64,000 nucleotides of DNA. Source: Dimorphilus gyrociliatus. Lineage: Eukaryota; Animalia; Annelida. This document shows positions 39,827 to 51,734 of this stretch, in pieces. Below the pieces are notes generated by a model. It worked only from the letters and a program-made list of their open reading frames with translations. It was not told the origin of the DNA and ran no database searches. The stretch lies in assembly GCA_904063045.1 (NCBI GenBank), contig CAJFCJ010000005.1, positions 2,784,165-2,848,164 on the forward strand, in the 5' to 3' direction. Position numbers and translations under genes: made by a program. The first letter of the stretch is position 1. Every line of letters begins with the position of its first letter.

Positions 39827-40405
39827 TCATATTAAAAAGAAAGACCATAAAAGCATTAAATTTAATAAAATCAAGGACGCCATCTGTCGAACGCAATCGT
39901 TTCCAGTATTACAGCCAGCCGTTGTACAACAAGCAGTACATTTCATCTGAGTTAGGGCATATCCCGTAAATCTACATCCCCAGGGGCATTTACTTACACA
40001 ACCTCTGGCTATAGATAAAACAATACCATAAGATTCAACTCTCTCAACTCTACAATATTTCTCGGAAGATGAGCAACGTCTCACAATAATTTGTGATAAA
40101 TTATGACGGCAAGGTGAATTTTTAGGATCATAGACCTTATTATAGGTTTCTGAACATTCATAACACGACAAATTACCGACAGCTGATGATATAAACTTTC
40201 CAGTATCATTTTTAGTTGTAATATTATTACCAGAAACAAGCAATATTTCTATAATAAATTAATCATATTTTAGTTAGTAATAATAATAAATAAATCAGTA
40301 AAACGGTAAAGAAAGAGGAGAAAACGTCCTTGTCTTACCTAAAAAAGAGTTTATTGTTAAATAAATCAAAACGAAGTACAATCTGACCGATCCCAATCGT
40401 ACCAT
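39827..40405 (-). CDS. Ly6/uPAR (three-finger) GPI-anchored-type protein, copy B, 2 exons (40405-40339, 40248-39827)
   Basis: Signal peptide MVRLGSVRLYFVLIYLTINSFLG, then LSCYEC...CCTTAGCN and a hydrophobic tail. Shares YCxVERVE...RGCVxKCPWGCR with copy A. Confidence 0.8.
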
Positions 40406-40743
40406 AGTCGTTTCTAAACTGCAAAGAAATTAAAGTAAATTCTAATCAATTATTGAGGAGAATCGTATTGAATCGATGCGAATTGATTTCAATGATAAAA
40501 AACTTTTGTACAGTCTAATGGTTGATTAAAAGCAGTTGCTTTTAAAAACTAGCTCTAGTGTTTTATTGATCTAATGTTCCCTAACTTCTCTTTTATTCAA
40601 TGTCCATTTCAAATATATAAATATATAAATATATAAACATTTATACTATATTATACTTTTACATGTATAAGTAACACAATAAAACGTCAAATAGAAAGGT
40701 GTTTTGTTTTTATTATAAAAATAAATTGTTATATAACTGCTCT

Positions 40744-41586
40744 TCAACGGATTTGAGAAAGGTGGTATATCATAGATACGTATGGCTTACGTCTACCCCT
40801 AGCAATAAATAGTTCTCCTTGACGACTAATATAGATATCAGTCGGTTTAAAATCCAAATGTAATATCTTTATCATTTGTAGGTCGTTACTAAAAGAATAT
40901 ATTCTTCTATTATGTTCATCTGATACTAAAAATCCTCCATTAGGTACCGAACAAACACCGCATGCCGAATGAAAATCTTCAAATCCACTCCTTATCATTT
41001 TCATCCTTCTACCATTCTTACCAGATAATTTTATTATACTCGATTCCTTAATTGCAATAATATCGAATGTATTCAATACGCAAGTTTGTAGTATTCTTTC
41101 GTGGAATTCCTCTTTCCACAATATCTTATCATCTTCTATATACGAAATGGTTTGAGGTGGGAATCGAATTGACGAGAGGCAAACGACAACTCTTTTATCA
41201 GTATTCGAATAGATACTTAAATGCCAGGCATTTTCAATTCTTGTTAAGATCGGGAAATGGGTTGTATCCTTTTCGCCGTCTTTTACATCGTTAAGATTCA
41301 ATTTAAGTATACTACCTGACTGTCTATTGACAGTAAATAATAGATTCTTTCTAGGATCTCTAACGAGATGAGTCAATTTATTATATCGACTAAAGAATAT
41401 TCTTCTTGTTATATCTCCCTTATGTAAATATATATCTGAGCGAGTATTCACCTCTTGACTATCTTCCGATTCGTATAGGCCTGTTTCATCATAAAATTTC
41501 CAACTACCACGATGGTCTATCTGTTCTTTAAAAACGTATTTATCAATCTGTTCACAAATAGACGCAGCATCACCAGCGCAATTCAT
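40744..41586 (-). CDS. Intronless stand-alone NHL-type beta-propeller protein, 280 aa
   Basis: NHL-like repeat FHSACGVCSVPNGGFLVSDEHNRRIYSF followed by FKPTDIYISRQGELFIA. Confidence 0.6.
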   Translation of the reverse strand: MNCAGDAASICEQIDKYVFKEQIDHRGSWKFYDETGLYESEDSQEVNTRSDIYLHKGDITRRIFFSRYNKLTHLVRDPRKNLLFTVNRQSGSILKLNLNDVKDGEKDTTHFPILTRIENAWHLSIYSNTDKRVVVCLSSIRFPPQTISYIEDDKILWKEEFHERILQTCVLNTFDIIAIKESSIIKLSGKNGRRMKMIRSGFEDFHSACGVCSVPNGGFLVSDEHNRRIYSFSNDLQMIKILHLDFKPTDIYISRQGELFIARGRRKPYVSMIYHLSQIR

Positions 41587-41994
41587 CTTTTCTTCTTCTT
41601 CTTAACTTATTTATTTATTAATAAACAAAATCGAATAATAAAAAATACTGTTATGATTTATTCAAATAATTTATATTACGTAATGGCTAAAGAGACAAAA
41701 GACGTTACGGTTTATTCTTTGGTTTCAAATAGACCAAACTAAATGTTTGATCTTCCTCTTTCGGGTGGAAATCTTACTTTCAAATTTACCGATATATAGG
41801 CCTATTCCATTTGACATTTTCATAATCAACGCAAATTTTCACCGATTCGATCAACTCTCAAAATATTTCAAGCTAATTTACATAATCAGTCAAATGTATT
41901 TCAACTGTCTACGATTGTGAAAAATTATCATTACCTTACAGTAATTTGTAGAGTCAACAAGTTGCGTCTAGAAGTTCTTCTATCATTTTTCAAA

Positions 41995-42999
41995 ATGGAT
42001 AATTCTGGTTTACTACAAAACTCGTTGGAAATTAAGGAATATTTAAGAGACATTGACGCCGGTTCGAACAAGGACGAATGGAAAGATCTTATAGGATTAT
42101 GCGATAACGATGATACTGGATATTCTTCCCCCTCTACCGATATTTTATCAGCAGCTATAAAGAAATCTGGAATAACTAAACCAAAGAAAACAGGTAAATG
42201 CGTTACGAAAAGGTATACCAGATCTTCTTCTTTTTCAGATTCGAATCGTCCTGATATGAGCTACAAGGAGATGGTCGCGAAAATTCTACTTAAAAGCGAG
42301 AAGGGTCAACTATCCTTGAAGGAGATAACTGAACAAGTAGCGAAAGATTATGAATATTATGCAAAGTCGAAATCGAATTGGCCAAGTTCCATCCGTCATA
42401 CGTTGTCCGTTGCTGATTGTTTCGTCAAAGCCGGAAGAGCTAAGGGAGGACGAGGTTTTATGTGGAAAATCGCCGAACCTTACGTCAAATTCTTTAAAGA
42501 AGGTGACTTTGATATGAAGAATATTTCCCTTAGTATTCTACCAATTAGTACATCTACACCAAAAAATGAAATTACAAACAATGCGGTAATATTTTGCTTT
42601 TTTGTTAAATGATTGAAATTTAATCTCATTCTTTATAATTTATAGATAAAGAGAGAAGAATCCCAACATCATCAACCGATACAATCGCCAAACTTCCTCC
42701 AGAACGTTGCATCGCCTCAATCCGATTATTTTCAACCACCATCTGTCGCTAGTTACACTTCAGATGTTCCAGAAATAATTGAATCGTTCGATTCTCTTAT
42801 TCCACCAATTGAGAGCGACTTATCAACGAGTTCAAATGATGGTTTATCTTTGTATAACAACCTACAAAATCATTATCAAGACCAAAGTAATCAACCTCAA
42901 AGCTATACGTATTCTGCTCTTATGTCTGCTGTTGACAACTACTCCCTCGACAATACTTCAGGAGTATATCACGACTGCATGTACCAAATTCAGCAATAG
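41995..42999 (+). CDS. Divergent forkhead-box transcription factor, FoxQ2-like, 2 exons
   Basis: Forkhead domain RPDMSYKEMVAKILL...NWPSSIRHTLSVADCFVKAGRAKGGRGFMWKI...FKEGDF; the CFxKAGR...W.I...F..GDF ending resembles FoxQ2. Intron approx. 42586-42645, then a Ser/Pro/Gln-rich tail. Confidence 0.75.
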
Positions 43000-43536
43000 T
43001 GTCTCCATATATGTACATATCATATATAGACTGTTTGTTATTATTATCTATCGTATCTATTCTATTTTTTTTATGCGGAAAACTGGCTTTTTATTGAAAA
43101 TATTGCTGGTATTTCTGAGTTATTTATAGAGTATAGGTAAAGGTTAAATAAAGTATTCTAGACTAAAATATTGTAAATACACTATAATAAATATTATTTA
43201 TCATAATTTTTCAAATCAAAACCAAGAAATATCATCTTTTATATCAACATCGCTAAAGTTTCAAATAACTTGCTTAGTAAACTGGTTAAGTATTCTTTTT
43301 TATCTCTTTAGGTTCTGACTGGTAGCCGCATTATCCGTTCCGAAGGTCAATCGACTCGACGCCATTTTTATTGCACAACACGTTGCAATTGCTTGTCACA
43401 AAAGCGTATATAAGTGTTGTATCCGTTTCTTAAATTAAGAAGCTTTTGGTAGGTCTCCTTGATCTGCCACCGTCAGCGTACAACCGAGCTACTGTTGTTG
43501 GCACAACCTTTTTTTTTCGTTTTGGTTAAACCTGTT

Positions 43537-45788
43537 ATGAGCAGTTCTATTTCTGGAGAAGTTTCAAATTCTGCCGGAAAAGTCTGTAAGTTTTATACAA
43601 GAAAAAAAGGTTGTAAACTGGGCGATAGTTGTAAATTTTTGCATAGTGAAGAAAAAACTAACCATGCAATACTAAGTAAAGAAAACGCTACCCCTTCTGA
43701 ACGTAAAACCAACATAGATTTTAATTTACCTGAGTCGGAAACAAGAAAAGATGATAGCCTAAATAAAAACGCGGAAGATTTTAAAAAGGAGGTGGCGGAA
43801 GGAGAGAAGGTTTTTAACAAACCTTGTTACAAGTTCACCAAAAGTGGAACATGTCCATTCGGTGATAATTGTAAATATCAGCATGTTTTAAAAGAAACTA
43901 AGAAGAAGCAGTTTAGAAAGAAAGTTTCTAAATATGTCGAAAAGAATCAAGAGGTTAGCAATAGGCCTCTTCCTTGCAAGTTTTTTCTTAGTGGACATTG
44001 TAAGTTAGGTAAGGAATGTCAATTTTGGCATCCAACCACGGAAGAGGCTTATTTTATGAAAGAAAAGAGTAAAGCTCGGAAATTTCCTCCTAAACTTGTA
44101 GTTGAAAAGCCTAAATATAGGATTGATGATCTAACCCAAGAAAAACAAGAGGAATTGAGGAATACTGAGATTGATTTGATGAAGAAGAAATATCCACAAT
44201 GCTACAAACTGGAAATGAAATTGGAAACTTACGTACTCGAGTTTATTGCTTCAGATCCTGATTGGACATTTGATGTTAAAGAAGTTCATCTTATGATTGG
44301 GTTTCCATCAAAATATCCTATAAGATCACTAAGGGTGAAAGTACACCGTGAGCAAAGTGAACGACTTCCAGAACCTTTATGCGATGAAGTAGACAAAGCT
44401 TTGGCTTCATGGCTAGACACAAAGAGCAAACACATGGAAATTTCTGGCAGTGTGGAACTGATGCTAAGACCGCTTCTGAAATGGTTTGACAAGCAAATGG
44501 AAGACTTATTCGTAAATGGTCTCAAGCAATATCAACGAAAATTGATTGCTCAACAAGCGGGATTGCAGTTTGTTTCCCATTCTGAAATTTTCAAGAAAGA
44601 AGAGGATTGGGTTGATCCCGACGATAACAACCAAGAAGCTTCAGATTTTGAAGAAGACGATGGAAGCGAGGGCAATTATGAAGATGATAAAAGCGGAAGC
44701 AATTTTGAAGAGGATGATGGAGAAACTGAAGACAGTACCAGCTGTGAAGAAGATGAAAAGCCTAAAAGACCATATGCTCCAGGTAGCATGAATCATCCTC
44801 TGGACGAAGCCCGAAAGGGGACTGAAATTCGTTTCAAAGATCTTCAGCTTCGAGAACAGTCCGGAACTCTGGAAATAGTAACTCTCAAAGTTCAGATAGC
44901 CTGTTCGCGTTGTAGAAACATAGCCGATATAAAGGTCCCACGCAAAAAAGTGGTGTCCTTAATTTGTATGAAATGTTCTAATGAGATGTCGGTACATTAT
45001 CGTCCTGCAATCGCTCATACATTTTCTTCAGTTGTCGGTTATTTGGACTTGGAAGAGTGTAGTCCATTTGATCTAATATTAATCGACACAGAATTCAAGG
45101 TGAATTGCCTCAACTGTCATAATGACATGAATTTGAATGGCATTCATACTGGCCAAATGAAAAATGGTTGGTGCAAACATTGCCATAAGAAATTGCACTT
45201 TGCTGTGGATAGTATAAGATTTACGCAATTAACAGCTGATGGTATTCCGTTAGGAGCGTCCATTTATAAGGTAATAGAAGTGTAATTCTCATTTGTACAG
45301 GATCTAAGCTTATCTTATCTTTCAGCTAAAGGACAATAGAAAGCGTGTCCCCAAAGACCCACTTATAAGAGAAGGATATCCTCTTCCTGACAATGGAGCT
45401 TGTAAACATTATAAGAAAAGCTTTAGATGGTTCAGATTTCCATGCTGTGGAAAGGCCTACCCATGTGACACATGTCATGATGAAAAAGAAGATCATATGA
45501 TGACTCTGGCAAATCGAATGATATGTGGGTTCTGCTGCAAAGAACAACAGTTTGCTGCAGAGAAGAGCTGCATAGCTTGCGATAAATCTCTAACAAAAAA
45601 ATGTGGAAGTCATTGGGAAGGCGGAAAGGGTTGTCGAGATAAATCTAAGATGAGCAAGTAAGTCTAATATTACTAATTAAAAAAGAGCACTTTTTATACT
45701 GAAACTTTTCCTCTGCAGGAATGATTCTCAAAAGTACGCCAATCTTAGCAAGACAACATCGAGAAAGAAACAAGCCAAGAAAAATTAA
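43537..45788 (+). CDS. 3x CCCH zinc finger + RWD-like + multi-CxxC/CHY zinc finger protein (C18H10.09-like family), 3 exons
   Basis: Three CCCH fingers (CKFYTRKKGCKLGDSCKFLH, CYKFTKSGTCPFGDNCKYQH, CKFFLSGHCKLGKECQFWH), SDPDW...GFPSKYP, an acidic tract, CxxC pairs, and exon 2 CKHYKKSFRWFRFPCCGKAYPCDTCHD (CHY finger). Confidence 0.8.
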
Positions 45789-46333
45789 CTAACTTTAACC
45801 TGCTTACTAATTTTTGCTTTCTTCCTTTGTAGTCTATAATTTTAGAATTTGTATTTTTTGTTTAACTAATGTATGTCTTACTGGAAACGTTCGTCTTGAT
45901 AGTGGCTGGTATGCAAAACATTATTTTTTGTAGGTGGTAGCTTACTATTGAGTCTATACTTCTTTTACTGTGCAAAAAACATTTTCTTGCTGCTTTGGTA
46001 AACGTTACGAGCTAATAAAAACTATTTTAAAAACGTACTGATTAAGTTTTATTTACAATTAGACAAAATTAATCAATTCCAACACATATATACATTTTAT
46101 AGGTACTCCTATTTTGCGAAAATCTTACAATACTACTACTGGCGTCAAAACTCACAAGATATATTTTAATGTACAAACTTGATTATCATAAGTTTTTATA
46201 TATAAAATTTTAAGTAATTTCTCACTTAATAAACAGGTTCATAATTTATTTTATATCGTAAAAATTTCTTCCTTTAAAATGGCAAAAAGAGTTAAATATC
46301 CTAGAAACTATAGACAATTTTTGTATTTCATTT

Positions 46334-48308
46334 TCAATAATCAAATTCCTCTTCGATATCGCCAACATATTCGCAAATATCATCAAAATCCATTTCAAGA
46401 ACTTGGGATCTATCTGATATCAGTTGAATGGTTGCCTTATATGACCTTTTGTCTTTTGATAAAATTTGACCTAATGATCCTTGATTAGAGCCAATAACAA
46501 TCATCACATAAGCATCGTTGGATTTAGGCATAATAGTTTCTAATTGTGTTTGATTTACATCTGAGTAAGAAAAGAAAGAATATGTAAAAAATTTAAACAA
46601 CTATATTATATCTTCTTACTTTCTAATACAAGACCATCTTCTGTTCGACAAATGCACGACTCTTTACTTAACATATCGAGAACTTCAACTTTCTCCCTAA
46701 AATATTTTCCTTTTTTAAAGTTTTTATCTACAATGCGAACACGCAGATATTTTCTAAGCCAGGGTTTTCTCTTTGAACGCTCTTCATAGCTATTAAAAAC
46801 AATAAGAATGTTTAATTTATGATATCTAGTATTAACTATATATAGTATATTTGATATAAATCCAAAATAAAAAGTGATAACTTACTAATGCTTGGAAGAT
46901 TCTTTAGATTTAGATTGATGTTTATCGCGCTTCTCTCCAGAACTACGACTCGACGGATGCAACATTTTAGAAATTGGACTTCTGCTCCTTTCGCGAGATC
47001 TATCACTTTTCGTTGACTTTTCTTTTTCTTTATATTTATCGACTTGTCGTTTATCTTTTAAGTAAAAATTATAAATATCATTAATTTATTTAATATTTCA
47101 TTATATATACAGTATTCTGTATATTAGATTATCATTTTAAACTAATTTACATGTATACTTACTCAAGTATTTAGAGTATTTTTCGTATTCTTTAGAAGAT
47201 ACAGCATCTACATGATATTGAGAAACAGATACTGATTCTGGTCTTAGTGCTAATTTAACAATTGCCCTTCCATTATTTTCGTCAAGTGCTTCAATAATTC
47301 CATAATAATCTTCAAATTTTCCACTTGTTAAGATACAATACGCTCCTTTAACTAATTTTAAATCCTCTTCCGTTTCTTCAGCATCTTTAATTCTTTTATT
47401 TTTCTTATTCTGCGTTACTTGAGATTTATCAGCTCCCAAACCCATGCCTTTTGGTCTAAGATTAACTTCAACAGGTTTTACAACTCTTTAAATAAATAAT
47501 GTATTATTTTAGTATTAATTAATTAAAAAAAGGATCTCTTTTATATTTACTTTGGCTTATTACCGATTCCAACATTTTCATTCCATCCCATTCCCCTGAT
47601 CATGGCCATTCCAAAGCCTTCTATTGGTATTTTGTTGTAATCTGCTTCCTCTGGCTGTGTAAAAACAAGAGAATTTTAATAGATATGAAAATATTAATGT
47701 TAATAAATGTTTACCTCATCTGGTCGTAGCGATACGTTCAATGGTCCTTCTGCACTTTCGAAACCTTCTGGGACTTTATTCAGTGCTATTGAGTATATGC
47801 TTGATTTTGCTATATCTTCATCTTTACTATTTTCTGTAAAATATTTTTTTTAAAATTTAAACTCATCCAAAGTGAATTCTATTCAATTCTTACGTTTAAG
47901 AAGCTCTTCGATTGCCCTATCAGTTAATGATTTCTCTTTAGTCTCCTCTGATGGCTTCTCTTTTACTTCTGATTGATTATTATCATTATCTTTTTCATTT
48001 GTACAATCTAGATCTTCCGGTTTTTTTGGAAATCTCCATCGATTATTAGTAATTAGTTTGATAACTAGTGGTTCCTCCTTCTTTTTTGGCTTAACACTGA
48101 ATATATTAAGAGAATTTTAAATAAATCATATTTAAATGCTATTTTATCGCTCATCTTACCTCTTTGCTTGATTTCCTTCAAATCTTGTTATAAAATCTTC
48201 TTCTTCGACAGGTTCAGTATCTTCCTCATGTATGGCAGATTGGACTATGTTATTAGTTTTGCGTTTTTGACTAAATGAAAACGATATCCCGCTTTTTTCT
48301 GTCGTCAT
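46334..48308 (-). CDS. GPKOW: G-patch and KOW motif-containing spliceosomal protein (Spp2/MOS2 family), multi-exon
   Basis: N-terminus ISFSFSQK...EDFITRFEG; G-patch IPIEGFGMAMIRGMGWNE...RPKGMGLGAD; KOW motifs GKFEDYYGII and GSNQGSLGQIL; C-terminal FDDICEY. Confidence 0.92.
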
Positions 48309-48339
48309 GTTTTCGTCGAAATGATTTAAAAGGAACAAT

Positions 48340-48353
48340 CCGCTAGGTGGCGC
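48340..48353 (+). promoter_or_regulatory. CTCF-like motif in the 113-nt GPKOW/TUBGCP5 bidirectional spacer
   Basis: CCGCTAGGTGGCGC closely matches the CTCF core consensus CCASYAGRKGGCRS. Confidence 0.55.
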
Positions 48354-48421
48354 AAATGCATATTGGCGGTTGTTTCCCATGTAAACTATATAAAATTGGG
48401 CGATAATATACAAGCGGCGCT

Positions 48422-51400
48422 ATGTCGAAATCTCAAATTCAGTATTTATCTGGTTGTTCCCTCAAATTAATATCAGCATTTACAGACTTTGGCAGAGAAG
48501 ATGAAAATTATGAAATATGCCACGATTTCATTTTGTCAAACCTCCGATTTCATCGTTATTTGGATACAAACTCTCATGATATGAAAAGGAAAGCTCAAGG
48601 ATTAATTGATAAGTTTCTTATTCATGCTCAACATCCGAAAGCAGGGAAGATGGCAAAGTGCCTCAAATCTTTAGAATCTCTAACAGACTTTAGCGCTTTA
48701 AGATTTATAATGCTTTTGGCAAATAGACCAACAGAGTACGAATACGTAGAGGATTTCGAACGAGTAGAAGAGGAACCCATAGATGATTTCGACTGGACAG
48801 AATATTTAAATAGAGGATTAGAAGTCTATAACATTGATTCTACTTTTTCGAGCGAAGACGAATTAGAGGAAGATGACAAAAGAGATGACAATGAGGCAGA
48901 GAATCAAACCCAAAATACTACAACCAATAATAATACATTAGAAGGCACCACTGATACCGAGGAAGAAGATAAAACTTTGGTATCTTTGGTAGAAGAAATA
49001 GAATATCATGACGGATTAGAAAAAAGAGTGGTAGATAAATATTGGCGATCTGGTGGCAAATTTGAGAATATAAAATCATCTATGCCATCTGCAAATTTAT
49101 ATAATAACTGGTAAATATAGCATTTGAATTTACATTGCATTCGATATATATTCTTTACCAACTAACAGGTTTGCCTATTCAACTGGACTATCTAAACATA
49201 AAGCGTCAACATCATTTTTAAACGATTACATCTTGATTAGGGAATCCATATGGCTCTTTTGTGGCTCTCCTGCAAAGCATATCTTTGATTTTATCAATTA
49301 TACTCCAAGAGTTAACTCACTTAGTGAACATAGTCTTATTGGATTATTAAAAGTTATAGTAGAACATGCAAAAAAGCTAAAAGAAATGTTTGATTATACA
49401 GATTCCCTATCTCAAAAGGTGTTTTGCCAAACTGAGGAAGCTTTTATAAGCTATTTTGCTAGTTTACTAAACGAAATTCGTAAGAAATTCCTTGATATTG
49501 AAAAAACTCTAATAGTTTGGTTAAAAGAAAATGAGGAACCTAAATGTCCTTTAACCTTATTAAAATTTGTGAATATGATTGAACCAGAAATGAAATCAAT
49601 AACGTTATATTACGAAATTTTCTATTCTCGTAAGTAATCATACATGTTTACATTTATATATTAACTTATTAATTCAAAAAACAAACAGTAAAGCAAAATA
49701 TGGATATTGATTTTCAATTAAGATCTCTATTCATTCTGTCAGAATTATATAATACTGTTACAAGTAGAAATTTAATTGGATCAAGTTCTATTAATATTCA
49801 AATATATAAACTATTCTTAAATACTTTGAGACCGTATTTGGATATTATCTACTATTGGATTTGGTATGGAGAGCTAAGAGATTGCAAGAATGAATTTCTT
49901 ATACAAAGATCTAAAATTGATAAAACTGAAGAATTATGGCATTCTTCTTATACGTTAAATAGAAAGAAATTCCTATTCTTTCAACCTATCTTAAAGCAGT
50001 TATTACAAGCTGCAAAGAGCGTTGATGTATTACAACAAATGAATAAATTACAAGTTAGCTATGAAGATGATAATCTATTTGACATTTTCTCTGAAAATAT
50101 GCTTCAAATTGATATCGATGGTTGGACTAATATGGATAAAATTTTAAAGAACGGATTATATAGTCATGTTATTAAACAATGCGATTTCGTTTGTAAATGT
50201 CTTTTAGACGTTCTCCTGACTGATTATCAGTTGACAAACACTTTTAAAACTCTACAAGTAAGTAAACTTTAATTTAGTATTATTATTTTAAAATTATACC
50301 TGTTTTCCCTCTTAATTAGCAATTTTATCTCTTGGAAGACGGTGAAACTATGCGTAATTTTTATCTACCTATCTTTGAAATGGTTCGTTGTTATATTAAT
50401 TAGAGAAAGTTAATTGTTAGCGGATATGCATATTGTCTTATAATTATACGTGTTCCAGATAAGAGATAATCAAGATTGGAAAGATGTTACATTGTTAACA
50501 ACGTCTTTTCAAGATTCCATAAATAATCACGAACTTCAATCATTTTCTTCAAGATTTCATGTAACAGTTGAAGAAAGTGATGAAGGATCTTTTGATATGA
50601 TGAAATTGAATTTTGACGTTAGATGGCCAGAAAATATTGTTGTTCATTCGGCATCTTTAACATTATATAATAGAATATTTGCATTTCTGTTGCAAATTAA
50701 AAGAATGAAATATGCTTTGGATAACCTAAGATTTTCAAGTATGTAACTGTTATTAACTATATTACAATGGCATTAACAAGCGCAATAATTATTGTTTTTA
50801 TTATCATATAGATATGAATTACAATCTTACGCAAGAAGCTAAACATAGAATGTGTATTTTAAGAATGAAATTTCTTCATTTCATAAACAATTTACATGTT
50901 TACATTATGAGAAGAGTAAGTTAATATTTTTAAACTGTATACTAATACAAGTATTTATTTAATGTGCATTAATATAATTATTGTTCCTTTTTAGATTTTA
51001 CAAACTAGTGGACTTCAATTTTCTGAACATTTAAGACTAGCAAAAAATGTTGAAGATTTAATATCTGCTCATAATAGATATATAAAACAAATCTATTCTA
51101 GGTGTTTGCTATCGGATAAACTTTCGTTTATTAGGCAAGCAATATTCAAGATATTTAATGCCGTTAGTTCATTAGAAAAAATGTGGACCGAAATTGTTAA
51201 GTATGTAATTTTATAGCTCATTAATATAGTGTATAAAAATAATAAATGTTACTAAATCTTCCCCTTTTTTTAATAGTATAAATGAAATAACTGCCCTTGA
51301 AGTTCAATTATCAAAAACTGTCTCATTCTTGGCTTCATTCCTTATGAAAGTTATACGAAAGGGTTTCTATCCGCACTGTCAGCATCTTACTTTTGAAAAA

Positions 51401-51503
51401 TGCTATTGTTAATATTAATTATTTTTTTTTTGTTATTTCAGTGGAATTTTTGGCTTTTTCCCTACAACCAACGAAATCTGCAAGGCACAATCAATCTCAT
51501 TAG
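48422..51503 (+). CDS. TUBGCP5: Gamma-tubulin complex component 5, multi-exon
   Basis: N-terminal LSNLRFHRYLDTNSHDMKRK and FDWTEYL, LIRESIWLF, LRPYLDII, FYLLEDGETMRNF, and VRWPENIVV...LYNRIFAFLLQIKRMKYAL (GRIP domains). Confidence 0.88.
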
Positions 51504-51734
51504 CATTATAAGAAAATTAGGTCAATGCAAAAAATGAGTAAATGACTTTTCAACAGTTTGTGTTTTAATAAATATTTTGCAAATATTGATTATATTTTAG
51601 CATCGATATCTTTTGTAATGTTAGTTCTCTTTATAGATAAGATACTTTATTATTGACAAAAACTTTTGATCACAAGAAACTTTTAGTAATAGTGTGGCTA
51701 TTGACATAATATTTCAATCTTCAAGTAAAAACAT

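Noticed and set aside
41917-41994. N-terminal extension of the Fox ORF
   Set aside because: Non-ATG start; the first ATG is at 41995.
42779-43129. 116-aa ORF after the forkhead domain
   Set aside because: Out-of-frame overlap with Fox exon 2 and its 3' UTR.
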